Of a DNA stretch of 64,000 nt, positions 47,247-59,600 are shown in pieces. Position numbers and translations under genes: made by a program. Within the stretch, counting starts at the first letter, position 1, and the number at the start of each line of letters is the position of its first letter. The DNA is from a virus. The DNA lies in the IMG/VR virus record IMGVR_UViG_3300025617_001484, positions 8,790 through 72,789 of that record; one strand, given 5' to 3'. A model generated the notes under the pieces. The model was not told the origin of the DNA. It did no database searches and saw only the letters and a program-made list of their open reading frames with translations.

Positions 47247-49457
47247 TTACCCGTTATTTGTTAAACTTTTTCCGACGATCTCCGCTTGGAATATTAGATT
47301 ATCTGGGTTGATACAAACTATTTCAATTACGGGCATATAGTCGTAGGAAGAAATATCGGAATCAACCAAAGAAATTATCAAACTGGAATAAGCAACACCC
47401 GTTGGGTTATCGAGAGGATACTTACCGATAGAATTAGTTAGGAAATTTACTGTAAAGTCTCCAGGAATTATCTGATCCCCGAAACTAAATCTGAAAGATT
47501 GTCCTTTTTTCCAATTTACCGTTGAATCATCTATTCTTATTGTAAGATCGGAGGATAAAGTTATTGGAGTTCCATTATTTACATGCTTTACGTAATTTCC
47601 AAATGTTCTAAGACCAATTATATTTTGTGAATTATTCTGTAAAGTCACAGTACCGTTATTATCACCTAGATTAAACTCCTGGTTATTATTTTCTATGGTA
47701 ACCTGATTTGGTATGGATCTATTTACAATTACACCCGTTCCTTGCTTTATGGCATCTAGGTTATATGATATTTCAACAGAGGTCTCGTTATTAATGATAG
47801 CCCTTATAAGCTCATAATTCTGTGTAATCAGTCCCATTACTGACTGGGTATTATTAAATAATGCCTGATTAGCAGCATAAGAACTTTCTAGACTATTTAT
47901 TCTTCTATCTAAAGACGAGGAAGTATCTTGAGTTAAAAGGAGGTTCTCAACTGCAGATAGTCTTCTCTCCAGGTCAATATAGCTAGCAGCATTATTATTA
48001 AGAGTACCAGAAGCATCCTGGAGTACATTAACTGCGTCCATAAACATAGTCAGAGAGAATGGAGAATAGTCATTAATTGCTTGCTCCACCCCAGTTTGAT
48101 CTATGTCTACATCAAATTTTATATTTAGTTTAAGACCGTAAGCATTACCATTAAGCTTTGTTACAATGTTAGGCTTATACTTTTGAAATCTAGGAATGCT
48201 ATAAACATTAGATCCAGTGGTCTGAACGTCATCCAAAAATAAAACTCCGTAAAGATTCGTTGACGAGTTGTTTGGTTCTGCAGGATCATAAACATCATAA
48301 TAGATCAATACTGCATTAAACTCAAAGTCTTCAGAAATTGATGTTGAATTGAATTCTTCTATAGTAGAAATCGAAGCATCGTCAACAATTTGTTTATAAG
48401 AATCTGGATCGAAATCAATACCTACAGAATCCAATCTAGTTCTAACATACCTCTGAAATCCAACCCCAGCGGTCGCACCAGAAACAGATTTATCAATTAT
48501 GAGAGATGTTGGGTCTGTGAAAGACGAGTCTGTAAAGTATGTGTTAGCGGTATCTCTAGGAGAATACCAGTTGCCGTCACCTGTAGATCCGTTGGTAGTA
48601 TCAGAAAAAGTTACTGTTGGTGATCCAAGTACATCGTCATCAAAAATTGCAAGATTTGTTAAACCACTTGGATTCAACTCGTCATACGATCTTCCAGTCA
48701 AATATTCCTTGTCAAGAGGATCTGAAGGATTGTTGGTCCACTGGAAATCTGGATAGTAATTTTCATCAACAACATTCTTAAACAATACAGTAGGTGTATT
48801 TCCATCTTTGGTTGGTACATTGACATAAACCTCCGAGTAAGTGTTGTTATTATTCTTAACAGAATTTACTATATCAAGATTACCTACATACTGGACTACT
48901 CTATTATAAGTAGATCCTGAAAGTCCAAAAGAACCTGTTCCCCCGCTTGGATCACCTTCGACATATCTTTTTTGTGTAGACGGTAAATTATTTACTGTAA
49001 CCACAGTATTCTGATCCAGGGTCGACACTACCTGATCTGAAGAAGCAGGCTGATATCTAATAGCTCCCAATTCCTTCAGCCACTTAAAGAATACCCTCTC
49101 AGAAACATTTTGTTTAAGATCCGCGTTATAATTGTCAGTACTTAAAACAGTAGTTTCAAAATTTAAACAGTAGCTTTGGAAACTCTGAGAAAAATCGATG
49201 TTAGCATTCCCGGTTATTATGTTTCCGGCACTATTTGCATAATCTAAAAAAGCACTATCAGGAGCATTAAGTTTAATGCTATTACCCAAAGGATCCCCAG
49301 AGTTAATATCCGGGATATTCAGAAGAGCAAATTTCGAAAACTTGAACTTATTTACAGAGTTGTTAAACGTAAAAGACAGATCTTCAGCAGAGGAAGAAAA
49401 AGCGTAAAACGTTCCACCCTGTACTTGAAGAGGTCTTATAAATGGAGTTTTTGCCAT
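47247..49457 (-). CDS. Virion structural protein
   Basis: 736 aa; TPFIRP..QGGTFYAFSS N-terminus and a central coiled coil; structural context. Confidence 0.65.
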   Translation of the reverse strand: MAKTPFIRPLQVQGGTFYAFSSSAEDLSFTFNNSVNKFKFSKFALLNIPDINSGDPLGNSIKLNAPDSAFLDYANSAGNIITGNANIDFSQSFQSYCLNFETTVLSTDNYNADLKQNVSERVFFKWLKELGAIRYQPASSDQVVSTLDQNTVVTVNNLPSTQKRYVEGDPSGGTGSFGLSGSTYNRVVQYVGNLDIVNSVKNNNNTYSEVYVNVPTKDGNTPTVLFKNVVDENYYPDFQWTNNPSDPLDKEYLTGRSYDELNPSGLTNLAIFDDDVLGSPTVTFSDTTNGSTGDGNWYSPRDTANTYFTDSSFTDPTSLIIDKSVSGATAGVGFQRYVRTRLDSVGIDFDPDSYKQIVDDASISTIEEFNSTSISEDFEFNAVLIYYDVYDPAEPNNSSTNLYGVLFLDDVQTTGSNVYSIPRFQKYKPNIVTKLNGNAYGLKLNIKFDVDIDQTGVEQAINDYSPFSLTMFMDAVNVLQDASGTLNNNAASYIDLERRLSAVENLLLTQDTSSSLDRRINSLESSYAANQALFNNTQSVMGLITQNYELIRAIINNETSVEISYNLDAIKQGTGVIVNRSIPNQVTIENNNQEFNLGDNNGTVTLQNNSQNIIGLRTFGNYVKHVNNGTPITLSSDLTIRIDDSTVNWKKGQSFRFSFGDQIIPGDFTVNFLTNSIGKYPLDNPTGVAYSSLIISLVDSDISSYDYMPVIEIVCINPDNLIFQAEIVGKSLTNNG

Positions 49458-49473
49458 CTATCCTATTTTTTTA

Positions 49474-50361
49474 TTATGACCAAGACATATTTGAAGATCC
49501 TAGTACTACCCAAGATCCTTCTTGGCTTCCCGCACCTTTACCTATTCTTGGTTCCCATTGTAGTTGTATTGAAGACTGGTAAGGTCTATTTGCATCAACA
49601 GTAATACCAGTAGATGGATATTCACCAACACCACTCGCTGTGTTAAATCCTGTATAATTAGACCCTTGTACACCAGTTTTAATTGATCCTGCTGAATTCT
49701 CAGTATTAACTATGGTAATCCTTAGTCCAGCAGGTAAATTTGCTGCAGTAGCTCCGTTTGTACCCACACTCATATAGAAGCCAGAGGAACATTGTGCATA
49801 GATAACGTCCTCGAGAGCAGTTATAACGTAAGGATTTCCTGATGAGGTTCCTCTACCGCCTCCTCCTGCTGCAGAGGAAGGAAAGGCAGTTCCTGCTGTT
49901 GCACCGCTTGCTCCAACTGAATTTTGAGAGGCAAAATTTCCTTGAGGTCCCAAGATCATCCTAGAATTAAGTGTTGTTTGTCCACTTAAAGTAGTTGTTC
50001 CTGAGAATATTGAGGTTCCACTCTGTGTAAGGGTACTCCCAGCCCCGAATGAAATAGTTCCACTACCTGTTAGGTTAGTGGTTGCAACTGACGAAAAAGA
50101 TCCAGCACCAGAGGAATTAATCTGAGCTAGAGCTGTACCCCCACTCGGAACAGTGATTGAATCGAATTTTCCAGTTTTAGCTGATACCCTGCCCGTAGAA
50201 GCACCAGTTAGATTAATGATTCCGTTTACTGTATCTAGACCAAATACTGTGTTGTAATTGTTAACCCAGTTCTCTAAAGTAAGAAAATTAGAGTTAATTG
50301 TTGTCCTCGATGCAGAAATCGAATCAGATCCAAGAATGGAAGTAGTATTTACTGTAGCCAT
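49474..50361 (-). CDS. Gly/Ser/Thr-rich fibre-like structural protein
   Basis: ILGSDSISASRTTINSNF N-terminus resembles those of the two fibre paralogs; GATATATA at 50396-50403. Confidence 0.65.
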   Translation of the reverse strand: MATVNTTSILGSDSISASRTTINSNFLTLENWVNNYNTVFGLDTVNGIINLTGASTGRVSAKTGKFDSITVPSGGTALAQINSSGAGSFSSVATTNLTGSGTISFGAGSTLTQSGTSIFSGTTTLSGQTTLNSRMILGPQGNFASQNSVGASGATAGTAFPSSAAGGGGRGTSSGNPYVITALEDVIYAQCSSGFYMSVGTNGATAANLPAGLRITIVNTENSAGSIKTGVQGSNYTGFNTASGVGEYPSTGITVDANRPYQSSIQLQWEPRIGKGAGSQEGSWVVLGSSNMSWS

Positions 50362-50673
50362 TTGTTGTAATTATTTTGATTTCTTTAGTTTTGAATATAT
50401 ATCAAACCATTTTCAAACACATAAACATGTTCATAGAAGACAAGAATCTTATTCACTTATACACAAGACAACAAGAACCAGAAAGTAATATTTTACCAAT
50501 AATAATGTGTATGCGGGAGAGAGTGTGTAATTTCTCAAGAGTTATAGCCCATCTAGATAGACAAGATTTTAAAAAATTACATCAGAATGTCTGGGATAGA
50601 ACCCAAGAATTAGCGAACCTGATTCGAAAAATACAGTTGAAATACCTTAAATTAAAAAAATAATTAAAAATCC

Positions 50674-51306
50674 GTGGATAAAAACAAATTTTCTATCACA
50701 TTATCAAAGGAGCAAAAAAATGCAAAAGCTCAGATATTAATACATCCATTTAATTTTGTTACTGGGAAAGCAGGAAGTGGTAAAACACTTCTGGCAGTAC
50801 AGATTGCACTAGACCAACTGTTCAAAAAACAATGTGAAAAAATAGTCATAACAAGACCAACAGTATCAAACGAGGATAATGGATTTCTACCGGGATCCCT
50901 GGAAGAAAAAATGGAACCATGGTTAGTTCCGATTAGATCCAACATGAGAAAGGTGTACAACAAGGCAGACCACTTGGAAAGGTTGGAAAAAGATGAAACT
51001 ATAGAATTGGTATCTCTAACACACTTCCGCGGTAGAACATTTGACCGTTCCATTGTAATAGTGGATGAGTTTCAAAACCTAACCAAACAACAACTAGGTA
51101 TGGTTTTGGGTAGGTTGGGTAAACACTCTACAATGATACTTTGTGGGGACGGACAACAAATAGATCTCAAGTTCGGTAATGATTCAGCAATCCATGAAGT
51201 ACCTAAATTAAAGGACTCTAAATACGTTTACACAATTGCTCTGAAGGATAACCACCGACACGAAGCTATTGAAGAAGTACTAAGACTTCTCTACGCATTT
51301 AATTAA
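50674..51306 (+). CDS. phoH: PhoH family ATPase
   Basis: GKAGSGKT, ITRP, GFLPG..EEKM.PW, RGRTF, VDEFQN, GDxxQID, NHRH. Confidence 0.95.
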   Translation: MDKNKFSITLSKEQKNAKAQILIHPFNFVTGKAGSGKTLLAVQIALDQLFKKQCEKIVITRPTVSNEDNGFLPGSLEEKMEPWLVPIRSNMRKVYNKADHLERLEKDETIELVSLTHFRGRTFDRSIVIVDEFQNLTKQQLGMVLGRLGKHSTMILCGDGQQIDLKFGNDSAIHEVPKLKDSKYVYTIALKDNHRHEAIEEVLRLLYAFN

Positions 51307-54300
51307 AACTGATCGTAAGTAGCATCTGGGTTATCTCTAATAATCAGAGAAGATCCGAAAGGTACCACATTCTGTAGCATAATATTCTTCTGGTCCTCCA
51401 GGAGATCTTTTGATAGATCCAGGTACTCTCCACCATTCTGATTGGCTGCTCTTCTAGGATATCCATAATCCGCTGAATTAACAAACTCCGGATTTGGATC
51501 ATCTGGTAGGGGTATGGTTTGATCAACGACTTTTACAAATGCTGGTTTTGATATCTCATAAACATTACCATTACAATCCTCTACTATATTTTGTATCGAA
51601 TAGTATCCAGATTGTGAGAATGTGTATATAAAGAAAGGAACGTCCTTAATATCAAGAATAACATTTCCCGTAAGGGCATTTGTTAGCTTCCACCTATTAG
51701 AATTCTTTCCAAATATTTTGGACCCTTCATTACTTAAAAATACAGTGGAGAGAAGAGGAACAAATAGGTCTGAATTAGAATTATGCACATCAACCCAAGT
51801 CCAGGCACCAGATCCTGCTCTAGAAATTATATTTCCCATATTCTTACCAATCCCCGGCTTATAACTTTCGAGCAAAGAAGCGAATGATCCTGTTGCAGAA
51901 CTATATGGAAGTTGCGACGGTCCGCTAACTCCAGCACTAGAACCAGATACAAACACATCCAGCTGAGGTCTTACGTGCATTCTTAACTGGCTCTGGTCCC
52001 CAGTGTTTCCAGTACCAAATGTTGAGAATGTGTCTATACTTGTTCCCGACACGTTCCTCTTTATTATGTCATGGCCACTACCGGTTACCCCTGGCGTCTT
52101 CTGATAATAAATAGCAGTGTATTGATCTCCACCAGCCAACGCATCACTCTGATCACTTATAGAAACCAACTGAGGACTTCCATAAGTTTCTGGTAATATT
52201 TCTGAATACGAAAGCATATTATAACTTCCACCTGGTTTAATAGAAACAGTCAAAAGATTGACACCACCCGAAGTTCCTATCCCAGTAAGCGAAGTAGATG
52301 CTGGGGAGGTGCTTGGAGAATCTGTATACAATAAATTTAGGTAATATTGGTCATCAGACTTGTATGAGCTAACAGTATCATACCATGTTGTGTAGGATGC
52401 TGCAGTTCCTCCAGAGTTTCTTACAAAAGCACCCGTTATAGGTGAGTGGTTAAAATCATTTAGAACGAAATAAGGGTAGGAATATCCTGGGTTTGGGTGT
52501 GTCATGGACAGTCCTCTTACATTCACATCTCTTGTGGATGTACCAGAAAGTACGTAGGTTAGTGAATTTTCAAGAGAAGTTATTACATCCAAACTGGAGG
52601 TTGATCCACCCGTAAGTCCTACTGTAAATCCGTTCCTCAAGGAAAGATTTGAATTTAAGTCAATAACACTTCCGCTCCTGTCGTACGCTCCACTGGAGGC
52701 CGAAGAAAATATAAATTCCGAAGAATTTGGAAGATCACTCAAACCAAACCAATTATCCTTTAAAGTTGAAATACCACCTAAGTAATTAGAAGTGATTCTA
52801 ACAGAATTTTGTGAGATTGAGAGGTCTAGTTTACTTATGTCAGTAGGTGGAGTAAGGGATGCGTTTATGATACCAGAGGGGTCGAAAGAACCGCTAGCTC
52901 CTGGAAAGTACCTAAAATTCTTCAGGGCAAATTGGTTTTTAGCAATTTCACCGGCAGAAAAATCAATATCTCCGTAACTAACCTTATTTCCAAGATCAAT
53001 CTCAATCTCAGCAACAAACATAGCTTCGGTGTCACCAAGTATAGATGTCTGAGGCAAGAAGATGCCACTGGTAGCTCCCGTTGGTCCATTTAATATCCAT
53101 TGATAATCACTAGATCCAGTTAGACCTGGAGCACCTATATTAGAGAACCCGACAGGACCTCCGGTGGGTCCAGTAATTCCGGTTACGGTCATAGAGCTTG
53201 CTCCTGGATATTTACTAGAATAAACAAATTCCCCCGCCTCTATGTACTTCCTAAATGTTCCGATAACATAAATTGAAGAGTTGTCTAAAGAGGGTACTGC
53301 TTTATGTACTCTAGTAGAAAAACCCCTAAATGGTATAACGGTTTTTATCTGCCCACCATCGCTGTAAAGGGCAACGAAACCTAGATCTGCTGTTCCTCCA
53401 GCAGATTCAGTTGGATTTGGGTTACTTATTGTATAATTAGGGGTTAGATTATTTCTTTCACCGAAGTCTATAGAAGATTGCTCGGAATAACCGGTAACCA
53501 CATTATACTCTTTGTATTTATTTACTGAGGTTACATTGAATGGAGTGGTATCTGTTAACCACTCGGAATCTGGTATAAGTTTATTTAATTCGGATTCCGA
53601 GAATGGTACTACTTCACCGTCGTTCCAATATGGCTGTCGACCTGCAGATCCATCGGCAACATCCTTAAAATTAGTTTCCAGAAATAAATTCCTTGGGTCT
53701 AAACCTGGATGTAAATTTTTCAAGTATTCGTTGTCATATCCTCTCCAGGTTGGGTATTTCCACGTGTACTTGTCTGCTTTCGGTAATCTAGCAGTATCTG
53801 TTGTTCCACCTTCTGTAGTGTGGGTATAATAAACAAAGTTCCATCCAGTAGTTCCAGTATACTTGGAGGTGCCATAAATATGTGGTAAAGAATAGTCGAA
53901 GAGACAAATGTTATTACCAGCAATAATCCAAAGATCATCTTCGTAGATTGTTGTTGTTCCTGCTAAAGACTTTTCTTCAACCTTCATTAACTGAATTACC
54001 CTGTCATCTGGTAAATTGGTATTAGAGGAAGTTAGATGAGTAAACGTATCACCATTAAAGTGATAGAATCCATCAGAGGTTGAAGGTTGATCGAACGGAT
54101 TACCTATCCTAAAGAATACATGTCCATTTTTTCTTGCAACTACTTTTGTTACCCCGTCTGCACCTCCAACGTTCCAGTTATAAAACTTCTTACCATCCCA
54201 ATATGTAATACCATTTTCAGTACCAGCCCAATAGTTTCCATTCTCGTCAAAAGAAACAGAGTAAACCGTGTTACCGCCAATACCAGAGGTCAGAGAATTA

Positions 54301-54959
54301 TACTTGCTCATCTGTTTAATAACAAGATCTCCATTATCTAGGGTAATTGGATCTAAGTTTCCTTGTGGGATAGTTTGTAATCCATCATTGGTACTTAGAT
54401 AATATTCAAAATAGCTACCTCCTTCACCTTTAGCTGTTATTTCATATATGTGAGGCCAGGTATATCCAGGGCTTACTTCGCTCCATTGCTCAGAAGATTT
54501 ATCATACCTCCAAAGATATCCACCTGTCACTCCAGTGTTCCCGGTTCCGCCGGTTCCAGAACCTCCATTCAGAGGCGAAATAAAAGCAAGAACCTCTTCA
54601 GTATAGGGACTTGCATAAATGGTTGGTACCTCCCAATTAGGAGACTGTGAAGCATAACTTCCAAATTGGCTTAAATTCCAGCTTTCTCCAGTTGCTGCTT
54701 GACTACCCTTAGCAGCAAAAACAAGATCTTGCGAAAGAGAAGCTGTTACTGCACACCCAACCCATTTAGTATTTTCGTTATCAATTGATATAGATCTAGT
54801 ATCTAAAAAGTAAGGTGAATTACTAGGAACAACTGAATTTTGGTAGTTATAATATGACCAATTTTCGCCATCGTATTTAGTAAGGTCTCTTCCCACAGCC
54901 CAAACGTCCCCGTAAGAATCTAATGCTGCAGTATTAATATAGAAAAAAGTAGTTGGCAT
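51303..54959 (-). CDS. Structural protein with beta-propeller repeats and C-terminal PKD/Ig-like domain
   Basis: Repeats such as SISIDNENTKWVG and SVSFDENGNYWAGT; C-terminal YTFSQSGYYSI...EDCNGN. Confidence 0.65.
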   Translation of the reverse strand: MPTTFFYINTAALDSYGDVWAVGRDLTKYDGENWSYYNYQNSVVPSNSPYFLDTRSISIDNENTKWVGCAVTASLSQDLVFAAKGSQAATGESWNLSQFGSYASQSPNWEVPTIYASPYTEEVLAFISPLNGGSGTGGTGNTGVTGGYLWRYDKSSEQWSEVSPGYTWPHIYEITAKGEGGSYFEYYLSTNDGLQTIPQGNLDPITLDNGDLVIKQMSKYNSLTSGIGGNTVYSVSFDENGNYWAGTENGITYWDGKKFYNWNVGGADGVTKVVARKNGHVFFRIGNPFDQPSTSDGFYHFNGDTFTHLTSSNTNLPDDRVIQLMKVEEKSLAGTTTIYEDDLWIIAGNNICLFDYSLPHIYGTSKYTGTTGWNFVYYTHTTEGGTTDTARLPKADKYTWKYPTWRGYDNEYLKNLHPGLDPRNLFLETNFKDVADGSAGRQPYWNDGEVVPFSESELNKLIPDSEWLTDTTPFNVTSVNKYKEYNVVTGYSEQSSIDFGERNNLTPNYTISNPNPTESAGGTADLGFVALYSDGGQIKTVIPFRGFSTRVHKAVPSLDNSSIYVIGTFRKYIEAGEFVYSSKYPGASSMTVTGITGPTGGPVGFSNIGAPGLTGSSDYQWILNGPTGATSGIFLPQTSILGDTEAMFVAEIEIDLGNKVSYGDIDFSAGEIAKNQFALKNFRYFPGASGSFDPSGIINASLTPPTDISKLDLSISQNSVRITSNYLGGISTLKDNWFGLSDLPNSSEFIFSSASSGAYDRSGSVIDLNSNLSLRNGFTVGLTGGSTSSLDVITSLENSLTYVLSGTSTRDVNVRGLSMTHPNPGYSYPYFVLNDFNHSPITGAFVRNSGGTAASYTTWYDTVSSYKSDDQYYLNLLYTDSPSTSPASTSLTGIGTSGGVNLLTVSIKPGGSYNMLSYSEILPETYGSPQLVSISDQSDALAGGDQYTAIYYQKTPGVTGSGHDIIKRNVSGTSIDTFSTFGTGNTGDQSQLRMHVRPQLDVFVSGSSAGVSGPSQLPYSSATGSFASLLESYKPGIGKNMGNIISRAGSGAWTWVDVHNSNSDLFVPLLSTVFLSNEGSKIFGKNSNRWKLTNALTGNVILDIKDVPFFIYTFSQSGYYSIQNIVEDCNGNVYEISKPAFVKVVDQTIPLPDDPNPEFVNSADYGYPRRAANQNGGEYLDLSKDLLEDQKNIMLQNVVPFGSSLIIRDNPDATYDQF

Positions 54960-54977
54960 TGGTTTTATTTATCAATT

Positions 54978-56588
54978 TTAAAATATAGATCCACCATATT
55001 GTATATGTTTACCCAGACTTATATAATCCTTAGCCCCTAGATTTAAAATAGGCGGAATCCCAGAGCAGGAAGGAACTGTAGATCCAGTGTAAGAGTATGC
55101 AAAAGGGAATAGGGAAAGCCCATAAGTAGCATTGAGGGTAGAAGAATTATCTTTTATCTGAACTTCCTCTATGGCAATGTCCTTTATCTCCATTTTTAGG
55201 CCGTAATAACTAGAAGATGTCCCATTTTGATTTATATTAAAATCTCGGACAGCAGTGAATTCAATATCAGAAGTACTTATTCCAGAAGTGTTATTAATTG
55301 CGTCATTTAATTGACTCGCAACACCAGCATTTCCCCCAACATCCTGCATGACATAAAATTCGTTGGTACCGCCAGGTTCATTACCCATGCCACTATTAGA
55401 ATTAAATGCACAAGTTACAGTTAAAGAGCCTATCACAACGTATACCTCATAGTCTACTCCTGATATGGATTTGTTTGTAAAATATGTAGTAGAGTAAACG
55501 ACGGGATTAAATCCACTACTTACATTGGTTGTAGGAAATAAAACCCCATAATAATCACTCTGAGTGCTGTTTAGTTGTGGGTATATGTTATCGAGAATGT
55601 CGTCGACAATAGCCTCAGTATAATTAGAGTTATCTATAAGATCTGTAAGATTTCCTGAGGAACCGTCGTCAGCAAAGAATAAGAATCTAGGTTGACCACT
55701 TGCTAGACCCGGATAAATATATTTACCCTGTACTATTTCAGGGTCTCCAGTCCCGTACAAAGCGTCTTCCACGATGATGTAACCTCCTATCGTTGAAACC
55801 CCGGTTGTTAGAAAATCAAGGTTCCCGCTTAATCCAGTAACTGTTAAGAATGCACTTTCCCGTGTAGAATGAAAGTTTTCTATTCTCTGGTTTCCAGACC
55901 CCACAGTATAATCCAATTTATAAATATAAGAGTTAGTAGGATATCCATATAAACCAGATCTAATCGAGGTGTTGCTTATGTCAATCTCTCCTGAATACGG
56001 AAGTCCAGCATTTTCCCTATTTATAATATCAACCTCATCTATACCTATTTTGCTAACATTAAAAGATTTAGTTTCTGTATCAGAAGCATAAGAGCTTGTG
56101 GCCTCTAAACTTATAGCAACAGACACGATATCTCCAGGATTTGCAGATATGTTTGCACCAGGTACTATTTTCCAGTCATAGTAACTAACTGTTATATTTG
56201 TTGTCGTTGCATAATTCGAGCCTCCAATTTGCCATTGATATGAGGTGGGATTTTCCGGTAATCCTATCGATGTATTACTAGCACTCATTACTTGTCCCAT
56301 CAATATGGAAGATGTAGATAAAGAATATTGAGCATCAACAGAAGCACTAAGAACCTCTATCCCATTAGTAGCAGTATTCGAAGCGGTAACATTATTAAAA
56401 TCAGTTACAGTTAAAGTAGCTGTATATGTGCCGGGATTGTCATACCTAACCTGAGCAGTGGGTCCTGTTGCGGAGGAAATATTACCTCCACTGAAATTCC
56501 AATCTCTAGAATAAGGTTCAAGCCCTCCAGAGGTCGTATCAGTATAGATGACTGACTGTGTTTCGTATATTTGTATAATTGAAGCCAT
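54978..56588 (-). CDS. PKD-domain structural protein
   Basis: WNFSGG...YDNPGTYTATLTVTD and a second PTSYQW repeat. Confidence 0.7.
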   Translation of the reverse strand: MASIIQIYETQSVIYTDTTSGGLEPYSRDWNFSGGNISSATGPTAQVRYDNPGTYTATLTVTDFNNVTASNTATNGIEVLSASVDAQYSLSTSSILMGQVMSASNTSIGLPENPTSYQWQIGGSNYATTTNITVSYYDWKIVPGANISANPGDIVSVAISLEATSSYASDTETKSFNVSKIGIDEVDIINRENAGLPYSGEIDISNTSIRSGLYGYPTNSYIYKLDYTVGSGNQRIENFHSTRESAFLTVTGLSGNLDFLTTGVSTIGGYIIVEDALYGTGDPEIVQGKYIYPGLASGQPRFLFFADDGSSGNLTDLIDNSNYTEAIVDDILDNIYPQLNSTQSDYYGVLFPTTNVSSGFNPVVYSTTYFTNKSISGVDYEVYVVIGSLTVTCAFNSNSGMGNEPGGTNEFYVMQDVGGNAGVASQLNDAINNTSGISTSDIEFTAVRDFNINQNGTSSSYYGLKMEIKDIAIEEVQIKDNSSTLNATYGLSLFPFAYSYTGSTVPSCSGIPPILNLGAKDYISLGKHIQYGGSIF

Positions 56589-56601
56589 TTTCTATATTGT
56601 T

Positions 56602-59600
56602 TTAAGGTCCTGTTGCTACAGTAAAAGAAACTACTAATGGAGGAGGTGCTCCAGGAACAGTTGCAGGAGTAGAACCAGTTCCTCCAGTAGCAGCAAACGG
56701 GAATATTGAAACCGATGCTGGACCATTTGTAGTTAATGTAGCAGTAGCATTTTCAGGAATTACCCGATAATAAAAATTAGTAATGTTAGGATCTGTAGAG
56801 GCATTCAATTGGCTCGCTGCAGATCCTAAGGTCAAATAAGCGGACGCTCCGGTTCCACCAAAAGTTACTCCGACTGGGAATGGGAATGTCTCGCTTCCAG
56901 TGCTTATCTTAACGTTGTCACCAACCTTAGCACTGTGGATCTCATAACCTCCAAGCCATCCATTTTCATATTCAAAATCATCCCAAGAATGAGCATAGGC
57001 ATTGTCCCAAGAAGAATCTGTAAATGATTTCCATTTTAGATTTTTGGTTCCAAAATATTTAAGACCTTCAACCGGGTTAGTACCTGAGGAAGCATCCCAA
57101 TCAACATACCTAAATCCCCCAGTAACCCCGCCAGATAACGAAGAATCAGCAGAAACTAAATTTAGGGATCCGCTCAATTGAACAGTTAACTTATCACCGT
57201 TTCCTATGTTTCCACTATCTGCATCAGCAACTATATTTATAGATACCGGAATTTCGGTTGGTGCAAAAGTCTGTGCAAAATAGTCAGGCTGTGTCTGGAC
57301 TGCATTTATCTCTTTAATAATAGAATTAGCACTAGCCTGGAGATTCGATCCAGATGCAGTAGAGCCTATGACCCTATCATTAATAAGAACGCTTATAGAT
57401 CCTCCTCCAGTAACTTTCTGGCTTGGATATGAAGAGTTTAAAACATAATATCCAGTACCTCCCGCAATTGAAGATGGCCCGGAGGTAGCACCAACACCAG
57501 CCTGATTACCAAGAATATATGGAATCTGGAAAGAATACCCAGTGGATCCAGGTGGGATCGATATTTTCCAAGACTTGTTTAAATCATCTATACTCCCAGT
57601 AATGAAAACGTCTGCACCATCGTCAAAATTGTGAGGTTGTGTCGTAAACACGTTAGCAAACCCATATTGACTACCGGAAATTAAAAGCGAGTATATCTTG
57701 GAGATATCCAGAATATCCTGGTTTATTTGGATGTACCCAGAGGCTCCAACGGATTCGACATTCTTACCAACCTTAAAAATTTGTCCATCTATAGAATTAT
57801 TTCCATAGATAGCAAAGTCCAGCAGCTGCTCTGGTATTTCCTTCTTGAGTTCATCCTGTGTTTTTCCCTCAGCAGGATATTGCCAAATCGAGTCATAACT
57901 GTCCCAATCTCTTATTGTTAAATCCCATGTATATTTTTCATTTTCTCTGTACCTTGTCCACCCGTCAATCTGGATCGACTTAGGAGAAACTGTAACAGAT
58001 GATTTTACAATCTTTCTATTCTTAAAGTTAAAAGAATCATATAAATAACAGGTAACATCATATTCTCCGGTATACGGAAGGAAATGTGCCAATTTATAAA
58101 AATCTATAGCATAACCCCTGTGTGAAAAATTATATCCAGATCCAACTTGATTTTGGGACTTGTTGATAACCCACTCAATTTCATTATAGGCTGAAAAGTC
58201 TATGGTTCTCCAAGTTAAAGCACCATTTTGATTCGTGAAAGTAGGGAGAGTTAATGAATCCCAAGACATACTCATTTCATCCCAATCCCAAGTATCCAGC
58301 TGCAATTCCATGACTACCGGCATTCCTACAGGAACGTTGCAATTTTCAGCAGTTAAGTAAGAATTGGTGTTTAAATTTTCACCAAGGTCCTTGATATTTC
58401 CATTCATTTTAAGATCGTAGAAATTACCAATAGATTCTATTATGCTCAGGTTTTCTGCTGCTGTGTACCTTTGCTGATTGTGCAAAGGTTCCACTAAATT
58501 ACCTAAATCCGAAACGGGAGAACTTATAACATTTACAATTCCACTCATCTTCGAAGAATTGACAGTGGAGTAATAATAATAAGGTCCAGTGGCCTGTGGA
58601 TCTACATCAAATACTACAGTACCCCCGGTTGCTCCATTATTGGTAACCCCAACCGGATCTATCTGGGATAGTCCTGGGTCTGTTGTAAAGTATAGATCAT
58701 AATCATAATTTGCAGTATTTAGTTCAAAATTATACTTTTTCCCTCTCTGTATAGAAATTGAAGGGTTTAAGGATGTACTTGTAGAAAATCTAAAAGCATC
58801 CCCGGAAGGGCCGATTGATTCAACACCAACATCAACTACATTATTGTAGTTCATCGGAGCTTGTATAGAGAATTGGTCTGTTCTTATCCCAAATGCTCTA
58901 AGATCCTCCAGGAATCCAAAATCCGGGTTTGAAATAAAGTCTATATTATTACCGGAATCTATCTCATCCCTCTCTAGAGTGTCTGTCCAAGCTTTTGTAT
59001 TATAAATATTGTAATAAACGCCCTCACCGGTTATATCTACAATCCTTGCATTTAGAGGAAGGTAGCTTTCCTTTAGTCTCTGCTTTAGTGCAAAAAGCTT
59101 AACAAGAATATCCTCCTGGGTGAAAGCAAATGCTTCGGGTGTTTCTGGATAACCATAAGGATCAACCTCAGAAGAAGTTGTGTTAATATCATAATAAAGT
59201 CCGAAAAGTGATGTCTTCTTGTATGTACGAGAAGGAACAAGAGTATTCTCGGAAGAGACGTCTAACACATATTCACCAGAAGAATTAGGACCGTATGTTT
59301 GTTCTAGTCTATATTTTCCGGTATTTTCATTATCCAGTACATCCTCTATAAGAACTGTCTGATTTGGAGTTTTTGTGTTATTATACTTGTCGAGGAATAG
59401 TTGATTTTCCTGTAATGGTGTTAGATTAACCCTTTGGTAATTTAAATTCAGCCAATATTCCTTTATTCTTAAGTCCTGATACCCAAAGAACTTCAAAGCC
59501 CCAATTAGACCCTTATAACTTCCTATGTAGGGGAATATTTCTTCTCCCGCTACCATAAGTTCCTTTCTCTTCTCGTTAATTTCTATATAATCTGGGAGTG

